From Eledone cirrhosa (lineage: Eukaryota), in NCBI GenBank assembly GCA_964016885.1, contig OZ024742.1:19034001-19098000 (forward strand): a stretch of 64,000 nt of DNA. The letters run 5' to 3'. Shown piece by piece: positions 11,981 to 26,700 of this stretch. A program made the translations under genes and the position numbers. The notes under the pieces were generated by a model. That model was given only the letters and a program-made list of their open reading frames with translations. It did not search any database and was not told the origin of the DNA. Numbering within the stretch: position 1 is the stretch's first letter; every line of letters starts with the position of its first letter.

Positions 11981-12310
11981 TTCTGGTTTTATAATTTCAC
12001 AAAGTTTTACCAATAGAGATAGTGTCGGTTTCTAACATAGACAAAAGACTCTCTCATTGGAATTTACACAACATCAACTAGGTAGATATGTATGTGTAGA
12101 TATGTATGTATGTATGCATGTGTAGATATGGATGTTATTGTATGTGTGGATGTGGATGTTATTGTATGTGTGGATGTGGATGTTTTGAGTTGTATGTGTG
12201 CATGTGTATATGCTTTGCATCTGTACATGTGTATATGCAGTTATTAGATGCAACATTTTTGGAATGTTTTACATGTATGTATGTATGTATGTATGTATGT
12301 ATGTATGTAT

Positions 12311-12824
12311 GGTCACTCTTGAGTGCTACTGGTAACGTGTAACCCAGTACAACCTGTCACGTGGTCGGGTCGTCGGCGACTAAACCGGCAACCCCACCAA
12401 GTTTATTTGGTGATTTTGGACACCCTGCAGGACAAAAAACAAAACCTGATAAAGGGCGGAAGAACTCAGAAGAGTCAACGGCCATCCGAAATTGTGTAAA
12501 TATGTATATACACATGTACCGCGCGGTTAAACCACTGGGAGTGAAGGACCCCTAGCCTTTGTCAGGGCATTCTTCTAGGAGAAGGCAACTCAGGAAACTG
12601 GGATAACTCCGATATAAAACCTGCGGCTCAGTAGTTACCGATGATGTTGATCTTTTCTTCTTTTCGAGTTATAGCTACTGTCGCTCAGAGAGTGGGATTG
12701 GCTCAGTGCACAGTCTTTCCTCACTTTAAAAACTATCTTCACGCACAGGCATTGCACGATAGAATTAATTAATAATGGTATATCGTGCAATGGCCATACT
12801 CGATAACGAGGGGGCAGCTATCAT
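12311..12824 (+). mobile_element. non-autonomous element sharing its 3' tail with the RTE-like LINE (bipartite RTE derivative)
   Basis: Colinear with 1051-1452. Its tail CAATGGCCATACTCGATAACGAGGGGGCAG is almost identical to 13365-13394. Confidence 0.65.
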
Positions 12825-13021
12825 GTATGTATGTATGTATGTATGTATGTATGTATGTATGTATGTATGTATGTATGTATGTATGTGTGTGTGTGTGTCT
12901 GCGCGCGCCCGCGCGCGTGTGTGTGTGTGTGCGTGTGTGTGTGCGTGTGTGTGTGTATGTATGTATGTATGTATGTATGTATGTATGTATGTATATATGT
13001 ATGTATGTATGTATGTATATA

Positions 13022-13070
<49 letters not shown>

Positions 13071-13090
13071 CTGTATGTATATATGTATGT
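12823..13090. repeat. compound (TATG)n/(TG)n/(CG)n microsatellite
   Basis: Direct reading; a further (TATG)n tract at 13410-13500. Confidence 0.95.
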
Positions 13091-13095
13091 CATAG

Positions 13096-13410
13096 AGTGA
13101 GACCAGTGGTTGACTACCAGGCTGCTGTTGGAGATGCTACTCATCATACCTGCCAAGCATGTGGAAGAGAGTGTAGATCAGCAGGAGGGTTAAAACGACA
13201 TGCAAATGTACATGAACTTCAGCCACAGCCGACTATTCCCAGTGAATGTTTTGGTTGCCGACTCTGTGCAAGACATTTTAGATGATTGGCTGGGCTAAAA
13301 AGCCACATTCGATCGCAGCACAGTTAATTATCAATATATATATATGTGTTCTTTTTTTATCGTCCAATGGCCATACTCGATAACGCGGGGGCAGTCATCG
13401 TCATCATACA
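13096..13410 (+). mobile_element. RTE-like LINE 3' end with two C2H2 zinc-finger remnants and 3' tail
   Basis: HTCQACGRECRSAGGLKRHANVH...CRLCARHFR*LAGLKSHIRSQH, then TGGCCATACTCGATAACGCGGGGGCAGTCATCGTCATCATACAT running into (TATG)n. Confidence 0.7.
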
Positions 13411-14139
13411 TGCATGCATGCATGTATGTATGCATGTATGTATGTATGTATGTATGTATGTATGTATGTATGTATGTATGTATGTATGTATGTGCGTATG
13501 TTCTGGCCCTCAGAGGTTTCCCACTATTGGGGAATTTTTGTTTGAACTTTTTAATTTGTTTTTCCACAAATCTATTTACTTGTTATAACCTTTTTACATG
13601 GCCAAAACCCACTTTGTATCGTTCTGTGCCGTTCTGTGCCGTCTGTAAGGTTTTTCTTCATGTTAGCTCTTATGGCCAATAAAGAAACCATTATTTTATA
13701 AACATTTTACCAAAAGAGAGACAGCCGGTTTCTAACACAGTCACAAGACTCTTTCATTGGGATTTAGACATTAACTTGGTAAAAAAATGTGTATGTATGT
13801 CTGCATGTGTGTGTGTATGTGTGTATACATGCATACATGCATGTATGTATATATGTATGTGTGTATCTGTCCAGTACTTTGGTTGATCTTCCTCTGTATC
13901 TCTTACTTAATTCCCTTCTCACTTTATCTGGAAGAGATCTGCTATATTCAGAGCTGGAGAGAGGATAGTCTCCGCCAGGTTTTAAAAATGTCTATGAGGG
14001 TGCACCTACCATTCCATCAGGCGTAACGGGTCCAAACATAATCCTCTAACGAGGATTTCATAAACTAATCTCTCATAACAGTAGTCATTTCATATTTTAA
14101 AAAAAACGAAAATAAAACAAAACAATCGTCTGGGACTTC

Positions 14140-14330
14140 AGTCGGTTTCGGCGATGATTATTGTAGTTGTTTGATCAACGAAACAGCCTGCTCATGAAAT
14201 TAACGTGAAACTGACCGAGCATTCTACTGATACATGTATCTTTAAAGCTTTAATGTAATTCGCAGGAAGATTCAGTATGACTCAGTGTAGGACAAGGATG
14301 CTGGCCCTGAGATTTACAGGTCTAGCTTAT
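14140..14330 (-). mobile_element. SINE family B 3' fragment
   Basis: GATCAACGAAACAGCCTGCTCATGAAATTAACGTG resembles 2902-2940. Confidence 0.65.
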
Positions 14331-14647
14331 CCGTCGGGCTTCCAAACAGTTTTCATCTACGTAATTTCATTCACAATGCTTGAATCGATTATAAGCTACT
14401 AGAAATGAAAGTTGACAGATGTCACAGAGTGGGTTTGACCCTGGAACATTATTGCCAACTTCTTACATGGCTATCTTCTTCGTGTCCCATAATTCCCGAA
14501 GGGGTGGTAAGGATGCCATGTTGAAGTACAGCGTTTCTAGCGCAATTTCTAAATCTGGCTGATCCCATCTCCTCTCCGGGTGTGAATACAGATGATTTCT
14601 TACAGAGAAGGTTAGAGAGAGAGAGAGAAACACAGAGGAAGAATATG

Positions 14648-14789
14648 CCCCAGTGCTAGACTGGTACTTTTTTATCGACCTCAAAAGGATGGAATGCAAA
14701 GTTGACCTCTGTGGTATTTGAACTAGAGAGCAGAGAATGGAAATGAGTGCCACAAAGCATTCTATCCTATGTTCTAACAACTCTGCCAT
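14648..14789 (-). mobile_element. tRNA-derived SINE whose 5' head merges into the satellite
   Basis: CTGGTACTTTTTATCGACCTCAAAAGGATGGAATGCAAAGTTGACCTC aligns to the SINE copy at 4715-4890. B-box-like GTTCAAATACC on - strand at 14713-14723. Confidence 0.85.
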
Positions 14790-17700
14790 TCTATCCTATG
14801 TTCTAACGACTCTGCTATTCTATCCTACGTTCTAATGACTCTGCCATTCTATCCGACATTCTAACGACTCTGCCATTCTATCCTACGTTCTAACGACTCC
14901 GCCATTCTATCCTACGTTCTAACGACTCTGCCATTCTATCCTACGTTCTCACGACTCTGCCATTCTATCCTACGTTCTAACAACTCTGCCATTCTATCCT
15001 ACGTTCTAACGACTCTGCCATTCTATCCTACGTTCTAATGACTCTGCCATTCTATCCTACGTTCTAACGACTCTTCCATTCTATCCTACGTTCTCACGAC
15101 TCTGTCATTCTATCCTACATTCTAACGACTCTGCCATTCTATCCTACGTTCTAACGACTCTGCCATTCTATCCTACGTTCTAACGACTCTGCCATTCTAT
15201 CCTACGTTCTAACGACTCTGCCATTCTATCCTACGTTCTAACGACTCTGCCATTCTATCCTATGTTCTAACGACTCTGCCATTCTATCCTACGTTCTAAT
15301 GACTCTGCCATTCTATCCTACGTTCTAACGACTCTGCCATTCTATCCTATGTTCTAACGACTCTGCCATTCTATCCTACGTTCTAACGACTCTGCCATTC
15401 TATCCTACGTTCTAACAACTCTGCCATTCTATCCTATGTTCTAACGACTCTGCTATTCTATCCTACGTTCTAATGACTCTGCCATTCTATCCGGCATTCT
15501 AACGACTCTGCCATTCTATCCTACGTTCTAACGACTCCGCCATTCTATCCTACGTTCTAACGACTCTGCCATTCTATCCTACGTTCTCACGACTCTGCCA
15601 TTCTATCCAACGTTCTAACGACTCTGCTATTCTATCCAACGTTCTAACGACTCTGCCATTCTATCCAACGTTCTAACGACTCTGCTATTCTATCCAACGT
15701 TCTAACGACTCTGCCATTCTATCCAACGTTCTAACAACTCTGCCATTCTATCCAACGTTCTAACGACTCTGCCATTCTATCCTACGTTCTAACGACTCTG
15801 CCATTCTATCCTACGTTCTAACGACTCTGCCATTCTATCCTACGTTCTAACAACTCTGCCATTCTATCCTACGTTCTAACGACTCTGCCATTCTATCCAA
15901 CGTTCTAACGACTCTGCCATTCTATCCTACGTTCTAACGACTCTGCCATTCTATCCCACGTTCTAATGACTCTGCCATTCTATCCTACGTTCTAACGACT
16001 CTGCCATTCTATCCAACGTTCTAATGACTCTGCCATTCTATCCAACGTTCTAACGACTCTGCCATTCTATCCTACGTTCTAACGACTCTGCCATTCTATC
16101 CTACGTTCTAACGACTCTGCCATTCTATCCAACGTTCTAACGACTCTGCTATTCTATCCAACGTTCTAACGACTCTGCCATTCTATCCAACGTTCTAACG
16201 ACTCTGCCATTCTATCCAACGTTCTAACGACTCTGCTATTCTATCCAACGTTCTAACGACTATGCTATTCTATCCAACGTTCTAACGACTCTGCTATTAT
16301 ATCCAACGTTCTAACGACTCTGCCATTCTATCCAACGTTCTAACGACTCTGCCATTCTATCCAACGTTCTAACGACTCTGCCATTCTATCCTACGTTCTA
16401 ACGACTCTGCCATTCTATCCTACGTTCTAACGACTCTGCCATTCTATCCAACGTTCTAACGACTCTGCCATTCTATCCAACGTTCTAACGACTCTGCTAT
16501 TCTATCCAACGTTCTAACGACTCTGCTATTCTATCCAACGTTCTAACGACTCTGCCATTCTATCCAACGTTCTAACGACTCTGCCATTGTATCCAACGTT
16601 CTAACGACTCTGCCATTCTATCCTACGTTCTAACGACTCTGCCATTCTATCCTACGTTCTAAGAACTCTGCCATTCTATCCTACGTTCTAACGACTCTGC
16701 TATTCTATCCAACGTTCTAACGACTCTGCCATTCTATCCAACGTTCTAACGACTCTGCCATTGTATCCAACGTTCTAACGACTCTGCCATTCTATCCTAC
16801 GTTCTAACGACTCTGCCATTCTATCCTACGTTCTAACAACTCTGCCATTCTATCCTACGTTCTAACGACTCTGCCATTCTATCCTACGTTCTAATGACTC
16901 TGCCATTCTATCCTACGTTCTAACGACTCTGCCATCCTATCCTACGTTCTAACGACTCTGCCATTCTATCCTACGTTCTAAGAACTCTGCCATTCTATCC
17001 TACGTTCTAACGACTCTGCCATTCCATCCTACGTTCTAACGACTCTGCCATTCTATCCTACGTTCTAATGACTCTGCCATTCTATCCTACGTTCTAAGAA
17101 CTCTGCCATTCTATCCTACGTTCTAACGACTCTGCCATTCTATCCTACGTTCTAACGACTCTGCCATTCTATCCTACGTTCTAACAACTCTGCCATTCTA
17201 TCCTACGTTCTAACGACTCTGCCATTCTATCCTACGTTCTAATGACTCTGCCATTCTATCCTACGTTCTAACGACTCTGCCATCCTATCCTACGTTCTAA
17301 CGACTCTGCCATTCTATCCTACGTTCTAATGACTCTGCCATTCTATCCTACGTTCTAACGACTCTGCCATTCCATCCTACGTTCTAACGACTCTGCCATT
17401 CTATCCTACGTTCTAATGACTCTGCCATTCTATCCTACGTTCTAAGAACTCTGCCATTCTATCCTACGTTCTAACGACTCTGCCATTCTATCCTACGTTC
17501 TCACGACTCTGCCATTCTATCCTACGTTCTAACGACTCTGCCATTTTATCCTACGTTCTAACGACTCTGCGATTCTATCCTACGTTGTAACGACTCTGCC
17601 ATTCTATCCTACGTTCTAACGACTCTGCCATTCTATCCTACGTTCTAACGACTCTGCCATTCTATCCTACGTTCTAACGACTCTGTCATTCTATCCAACG

Positions 17701-20700
17701 TTCTAACGACTCTGCTATTCTATCCAACGTTCTAACGACTCTGCCATTCTATCCTACGTTCTAACGACTCTGCCATTCTATCCTATGTTCTAACGACTCT
17801 TCCATTCTATCCTACGTTCTAATGACTCTGCCATTCTATCCGACATTCTAACGACTCTGCCATTCTATCCTACGTTCTAACGACTCTGCCATTCTATCCA
17901 ACGTTCTAACGACTCTGCCATTCTATCCAACGTTCTAACGACTCTGCCATTCTATCCTACGTTCTACCGACTCTGCCATTCTATCCTACGTTCTAACAAC
18001 TCTGCCATTCTATCCAACGTTCTAACGACTCTGCCATTCTATCCTACGTTCTAACGACTCTGCCATTCTATCCTACGTTCTAACGACTCTGCCATTCTAT
18101 CCTACGTTCTACCGACTCTGCCATTCTATCCTACGTTCAAACAACTCTGCCATTCTATCCAACGTTCTAACGACTCTGCCATTCTATCCTACGTTCTAAC
18201 GACTCTGCCATTCTATCCTACGTTCTAACGACTCTGCCATTCTATCCTACGTTCTAACGACTCTGCCATTCTATCCAACGTTCTAACGACTCTGCCATTC
18301 TATCCTACGTTCTAACGACTCTGCCATTCTATCCTACGTTCTAACGACTCTGCCATTCTATCCTACGTTCTAACGACTCTGCCATTCTATCCTACGTTCT
18401 AATGACTCTGCCATTCTATCCTACGTTCTAACGACTCTGCCATTCTATCCTACGTTCTAACGACTCTGCCATTCTATCCTACGTTCTAACGACTCTGCCA
18501 TTCTATCCTACGTTCTAACGACTCTGCCATTCTATCCAACGTTCTAACGACTCTGCTATTCTATCCAACGTTCTAACGACTCTGCTATTCTATCCAACGT
18601 TCTAACGACTCTGCCATTCTATCCAACGTTCTAACGACTCTGCCATTGTATCCAACGTTCTAACGACTCTGCCATTCTATCCTACGTTCTAACGACTCTG
18701 CCATTCTATCCTACGTTCTAACAACTCTGCCATTCTATCCTACGTTCTAACGACTCTGCCATTCTATCCTACGTTCTAATGACTCTGCCATTCTATCCTA
18801 CGTTCTCACGACTCTGCCATTCTATCCTACGTTTTAACAACTCTGCCATTCTATCCTACGTTCTAACGACTCTGCCATTCTATCCTACGTTCTCACGACT
18901 CTGCCATTCTATCCTACGTTCTAATGACTCTGCCATTCTATCCTACGTTCTAACGACTCTGCCATTCTATCCTACGTTCTAATGACTCTGCCATTCTATC
19001 CTACGTTCTAACGATTCTGCCATTCTATCCTACGTTCTAACGACTCTGCCATTCTATCCTACGTTCTAACGACTCTGCCATTCTATCCTACGTTCTAATG
19101 ACTCTGCCATTCTATCCTACGTTCTAACGACTCTGCCATTCTATCCTACGTTCTAATGACTCTGCCATTCTATCCTACGTTCTAACGACTCTGCCATTCT
19201 ATCCTACGTTCTAACGACTCTGCCATTCTATCCTACGTTCTAATGACTCTGCCATTCTATCCTACGTTCTAACGACTCTGCCATTCTATCCTACGTTCTA
19301 ACGACTCTGCCATTCTATCCTACGTTCTAATGACTCTGCCATTCTATCCTACGTTCTAAGAACTCTGCCATTCTATCCTACGTTCTAACGACTCTGCCAT
19401 TCTATCCTACGTTCTAACGACTCTGCCAATCTATCCTACGTTCTCACGACTCTGCCATTCTATCCTACGTTCTAACGACTCTGCCATTTTATCCTACGTT
19501 CTAACGACTCTGCGATTATATCCTACGTTCTAACGACTCTGCCATTCTATCCTACGTTCTAACGACTCTGCCATTCTATCCTACGTTCTAACGACTCTGC
19601 CATTCTATCCTACGTTCTAACGACTCTGCCATTCTATCCAACGTTCTAACGACTCTGCTATTCTATCCAACGTTCTAACGACTCTGCCATTCTATCCTAC
19701 GTTCTAACGACTCTGCCATTCTATCCTACGTTCTAACGACTCTGCCATTCTATCCTACGTTCTAACGACTCTGCCATTCTATCCTACGTTCTACCGACTC
19801 TGCCATTCTATCCTACGTTCTAACAACTCTGCCATTCTATCCAACGTTCTAACGACTCTGCCATTCTATACTACGTTCTAACGACTCTGCCATTCTATCC
19901 TACGTTCTAACGACTCTGCCATTCTATCCTACGTTCTAACGACTCTGCCATTCTATCCAACGTTCTAACGACTCTGCCATTCTATCCTACGTTCTAACGA
20001 CTCTGCCATTCTATCCTACGTTCTAACGACTCTGCCATTCTATCCTACGTTCTAACGACTCTGCCATTCTATCCTACGTTGTAATGACTCTGCCATTCTA
20101 TCCTACGTTCTAACGACTCTGCCATTCTATCCTACGTTCTAACGACTCTGCCATTCTATCCTACGTTCTAATGACTCTGCCATTCTATCCTACGTTCTAA
20201 CGACTCTGCCATTCTATCCTACGTTCTAACGACTCTGCCATTCTATCCTACGTTGTAATGACTCTGCCATTCTATCCTACGTTCTAACGACTCTGCCATT
20301 CTATCCTACGTTCTAACGACTCTGCCATTCTATCCTACGTTCTAATGACTCTGCCATTCTATCCTACGTTCTAACGACTCTGCCATTCTATCCTACGTTC
20401 TAACGACTCTGCCATTCTATCCAACGTTCTAACGACTCTGCCATTCTATCCAACGTTCTAACGACGCTGCCATTCTATCCTACGTTCTACCGACCTCTGC
20501 CATTCTATCCTACGTTCTAACAACTCTGCCATTCTATCCTACGTTCTAACGACTCTGCCATTCTATTCTACGTTCTCACGACTCTGCCATTCTATCCTAC
20601 GTTTTAACGACTCTGCCATTCTATCCTACGTTCTAACGACTCTGCCATTCTATCCTACGTTCTAACGACTCTGCCATTCTATCCTACGTTCTAACGACTC

Positions 20701-23700
20701 TGCCATTCTATCCAACGTTCTAACGACTCTGCCATTCTATCCTACGTTCTAACGACTCTGCCATTCTATCCTACGTTCTAACGACTCTGCCATTCTATCC
20801 TACGTTCTAACGACTCTGCCATTCTATCCTACGTTCTAATGACTCTGCCATTCTATCCTACGTTCTAACGACTCTGCCATTCTATCCTACGTTCTAACGA
20901 CTCTGCCATTCTATCCTACGTTCTAACGACTCTGCCATTCTATCCTACGTTCTAATGACTCTGCCATTCTATCCTACGTTCTAACGACTCTGCCATTCTA
21001 TCCTACGTTCTAACGACTCTGCCATTCTATCCTACGTTCTAATGACTCTGCCATTCTATCCTACGTTCTAAGAACTCTGCCATTCTATCCTACGTTCTAA
21101 CGACTCTGCCATTCTATCCTACGTTCTAACGACTCTGCCAATCTATCCTACGTTCTCACGACTCTGCCATTCTATCCTACGTTCTAACGACTCTGCCATT
21201 TTATCCTACGTTCTAACGACTCTGCCATTCTATCCTACGTTCTAACGACTCTGCCATTCTATCCTACGTTCTAACGACTCTGCCATTCTATCCTACGTTC
21301 TAACGACTCTGCCATTCTATCTTACGTTCTAACGACTCTGCCATTCTATCCAACGTTCTAACGACTCTGCTATTCTATCCAACGTTCTAACGACTCTGCC
21401 ATTCTAACCTACGTTCTAACGACTCTGCCATTCTATCCTATGTTCTAACGACTCTTCCATTCTATCCTACGTTCTAATGACTCTGCCATTCTATCCGACA
21501 TTCTAACGACTCTGCCATTCTATCCTACGTTCTAACGACTCTGCCATTCTATCCTACGTTCTAACGACTCTGCCATTCTATCCTACGTTCTAACGACTCT
21601 GCCATTCTATCCTACGTTCTAACGACTCTGCCATTTTATCCAACGTTCTAACGACTCTGCCATTCTATCCAACGTTCTAACGACTCTGCCATTCTATCCT
21701 ACGTTCTCACGACTCTGCCATTCTATCCTACGTTCTAACGACTCTGCCATTCTATCCTACGTTCTAACGACTCTGCTATTCTATCCAACGTTCTAACGAC
21801 TCTGCCATTCTATCCTACGTTCTAACGACTCTGCCATTCTATCCTACGTTCTAACGACTCTGCCATTCTATCCTACGTTCTAACGACTCTGCCATTCTAT
21901 CCTACGTTCTACCGACTCTGCCATTCTATCCTACGTTCTAACAACTCTGCCATTCTATCCAACGTTCTAACGACTCTGCCATTCTATACTACGTTCTAAC
22001 GACTCTGCCATTCTATCCTACGTTCTAACAACTCTGCCATTCTATCCTACGTTCTAACGACTCTGCCATTCTATCCAACGTTCTAACGACTCTGCCATTC
22101 TATCCTACGTTCTAACGACTCTGCCATTCTATCCTACGTTCTAACGACTCTGCCATTCTATCCTACGTTCTAACGACTCTGCGATTCTATCCTACGTTGT
22201 AATGACTCTGCCATTCTATCCTACGTTCTAACGACTCTGCCATTCTATCCTACGTTCTAACGACTCTGCCATTCTATCCTACGTTCTAATGACTCTGCCA
22301 TTCTATCCTACGTTCTAACGACTCTGCCATTCTATCCTACGTTCTAACGACTCTGCCATTCTATCCTACGTTGTAATGACTCTGCCATTCTATCCTACGT
22401 TCTAACGACTCTGCCATTCTATCCTACGTTCTAACGACTCTGCCATTCTATCCTACGTTCTAATGACTCTGCCATTCTATCCTACGTTCTAACGACTCTG
22501 CCATTCTATCCTACGTTCTAACGACTCTGCCATTCTATCCAACGTTCTAACGACTCTGCCATTCTATCCAACGTTCTAACGACTCTGCCATTCTATCCTA
22601 CGTTCTACCGACTCTGCCATTCTATCCTACGTTCTAACAACTCTGCCATTCTATCCTACGTTCTAACGACTCTGCCATTCTATTCTACGTTCTCACGACT
22701 CTGCCATTCTATCCTACGTTTTAACGACTCTGCCATTCTATCCTACGTTCTAACGACTCTGCCATTCTATCCTACGTTCTAACGACTCTGCCATTCTATC
22801 CTACGTTCTAACGACTCTGCCATTCTATCCAACGTTCTAACGACTCTGCCATTCTATCCTACGTTCTAACGACTCTGCCATTCTATCCTACGTTCTAACG
22901 ACTCTGCCATTCTATCCTACGTTCTAACGACTCTGCCATTCTATCCTACGTTCTAATGACTCTGCCATTCTATCCTACGTTCTAACGACTCTGCCATTCT
23001 ATCCTACGTTCTAACGACTCTGCCATTCTATCCTACGTTCTAACGACTCTGCCATTCTATCCTACGTTCTAATGACTCTGCCATTCTATCCTACGTTCTA
23101 ACGACTCTGCCATTCTATCCTACGTTCTAACGACTCTGCCATTCTATCCTACGTTCTAATGACTCTGCCATTCTATCCTACGTTCTAAGAACTCTGCCAT
23201 TCTATCCTACGTTCTAACGACTCTGCCATTCTATCCTACGTTCTAACGACTCTGCCAATCTATCCTACGTTCTCACGACTCTGCCATTCTATCCTACGTT
23301 CTAACGACTCTGCCATTTTATCCTACGTTCTAACGACTCTGCCATTCTATCCTACGTTCTAACGACTCTGCCATTCTATCCTACGTTCTAACGACTCTGC
23401 CATTCTATCCTACGTTCTAACGACTCTGCCATTCTATCTTACGTTCTAACGACTCTGCCATTCTATCCAACGTTCTAACGACTCTGCTATTCTATCCAAC
23501 GTTCTAACGACTCTGCCATTCTAACCTACGTTCTAACGACTCTGCCATTCTATCCTATGTTCTAACGACTCTTCCATTCTATCCTACGTTCTAATGACTC
23601 TGCCATTCTATCCGACATTCTAACGACTCTGCCATTCTATCCTACGTTCTAACGACTCTGCCATTCTATCCTACGTTCTAACGACTCTGCCATTCTATCC

Positions 23701-26700
23701 TACGTTCTAACGACTCTGCCATTTTATCCAACGTTCTAACGACTCTGCCATTCTATCCAACGTTCTAACGACTCTGCCATTCTATCCTACGTTCTCACGA
23801 CTCTGCCATTCTATCCTACGTTCTAACGACTCTGCCATTCTATCCTACGTTCTAATGACTCTGCCATTCTATCCTACGTTCTAACAACTCTGCCATTCTA
23901 TCCAACGTTCTAATGACTCTGCCATTCTATCCAACGTTCTAACCACTCTGCCATTCTATCCTACGTTCTAACGACTCTGCTATTCTATCCAACGTTCTAA
24001 CGACTCTGAAATTCTATCCTACGTTCTAACAACTCTGCCATTCTATCCTACGTTCTAACAACTCTGCCATTCTATCCTACGTTCTAACAACTCTGCCATT
24101 CTATAGTACGTTCTAACGACTCTGCCATTCTATCCTACGTTCTAATGACTCTGCCATTCTATCCTACGTTCTCACGACTCTGCCATTCTATCCTACGTTC
24201 TAACGACTCTGCCATTCTATCCTACGTTCTAATGACTCTGCCATTCTATCCTACGTTCTAACAACTCTGCCATTCTATCCAACGTTCTAACGACTCTGCC
24301 ATTCTATCCTACGTTCTAACGACTCTGCTATTCTTTCCAACGTTCTAACGACTCTGCCATTCTATCCTACGTTCTAACAACTCTGCCATTCTATCCTACG
24401 TTCTAACAACTCTGCCATTCTATCCTACATTCTAATGACTCTGCCATTCTATCCTACGTTCTAACGACTCTGCCATTCTATCCTACGTTCTAATGACTCT
24501 GCCATTCTATCCTACGTTCTAACAACTCTGCCATTCTATCCTACGTTCTAACAACTCTGTCATTCTATCCTACGTTCTAACGACTCTGCCATTCTATCCT
24601 ACGTTCTAATGACTCTGCCATTCTATCCTACGTTCTAACGACTCTTCCATTCTATCCTACGTTCTCACGACTCTGTCATTCTATCCTACATTCTAACGAC
24701 TCTGCCATTCTATCCTACGTTCTAACGACTCTGCCATTCTATCCTACGTTCTAACGACTCTGCCATTCTATCCTACGTTCTAACGACTCTGCCATTCTAT
24801 CCTACGTTCTAACGACTCTGCCATTCTACCCTATGTTCTAACGACTCTGCCATTCTATCCTACGTTCTAATGACTCTGCCATTCTATCCTACGTTCTAAC
24901 GACTCTGCCATTCTATCCTATGTTCTAACGACTCTGCCATTCTATCCTACGTTCTAACGACTCTGCCATTCTATCCTACGTTCTAACAACTCTGCCATTC
25001 TATCCTATGTTCTAACGACTCTGCTATTCTATCCTACGTTCTAATGACTCTGCCATTCTATCCGGCATTCTAACGACTCTGCCATTCTATCCTACGTTCT
25101 AACGACTCCGCCATTCTATCCTACGTTCTAACAACTCTGCCATTCTATCCTACGTTCTAACGACTCTGCCATTCTATCCTACGTTCTAACAACTTTGCCA
25201 TTCTATCCTACGTTCTAACGACTCTGCCATTCTATCCAACGTTCTAACGACTCTGCCATTCTATCCTACGTTCTAACGACTCTGCCATTCTATCCCACCT
25301 TCTAATGACTCTTCCATTCTATCCTACGTTCTAACGACTCTGCCATTCTATCCTACGTTCTAACAACTCTGCCATTCTATCCAACGTTCTAACGACTCTG
25401 CCATTCTATCCTACGTTCTAACGACTCTGCCATTCTATCCTACGTTCTAACGACTCTGCCATTCTATCCAACGTTCTAACGACTCTGCTATTCTATCCAA
25501 CGTTCTAACGACTCTGCCATTCTATCCAACGTTCTAACGACTCTGCCATTCTATCCAACGTTCTAACGACTCTGCTATTCTATCCAACGTTCTAACGACT
25601 CTGCTATTCTATCCAACGTTCTAACGACTCTGCTATTATATCCAACGTTCTAACGACTCTGCCATTCTATCCAACGTTCTAACGACTCTGCCATTCTATC
25701 CAACGTTCTAACGACTCTGCCATTCTATCCTACGTTCTAACGACTCTGCCATTCTATCCTACGTTCTAACGACTCTGCCATTCTATCCAACGTTCTAAGG
25801 ACTCTACCATTCTATCCAACGTTCTAACGACTCTGCTATTCTATCCAACGTTCTAACGACTCTGCTATTCTATCCAACGTTCTAACGACTCTGCCATTCT
25901 ATCCAACGTTCTAACGACTCTGCCATTGTATCCAACGTTCTAACGACTCTGCCATTCTATCCTACGTTCTACCGACTCTGTCATTCTATCCTACGTTCTA
26001 ACAACTCTGCCATTCTATCCTACGTTCTAACGACTCTGCCATTCTATCCTACGTTCTAATGACTCTGCCATTCTATCCTACGTTTTCACGACTCTGCCAT
26101 TCTATCCTACGTTTTAACAACTCTGCCATTCTATCCTACGTTCTAACGACTCTGCCATTCTATCCTACGTTCTAACGACTCTGCCATTCTATCCTACGTT
26201 CTCACGACTCTGCCATTCTATCCTACGTTCTAATGACTCTGCCATTCTATCCTACGTTCTAACGACTCTGCCATTCTATCCTTCGTTCTAACGACTCTGC
26301 CATTCTATCCTACGTTCTAACGACTCTGCCATTCTATCCTACGTTCTAACGACTCTGCCATTCTATCCTACGTTCTAATGACTCTGCCATTCTATCCTAC
26401 GTTCTAACGACTCTGCCATTCTATCCTAGGTTCTAACGACTCTGCCATTCTATCCTACGTTCTAACGACTCTGCCATTCTATCCTACGTTCTAACGACTC
26501 TGCCATTCTATCCTACGTTCTAATGACTCTGCCATTCTATCCTACGTTCTAACAACTCTGCCATTCTATCCAACGTTCTAACGACTCTGCCATTCTATCC
26601 TACGTTCTAACGACTCTGCTATTCTTTCCAACGTTCTAACGACTCTGCCATTCTATCCTACGTTCTAACAACTCTGCCATTCTATCCTACGTTCTAACAA

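Noticed and set aside
13140-13330. Host C2H2 zinc-finger gene exon
   Set aside because: In-frame stop, and followed by a retroelement tail shared with 12780-12824; fits a LINE C-terminus.
14463-14789. 108-aa minus-strand ORF
   Set aside because: Made of satellite start, SINE body and (GA)n; no protein features.
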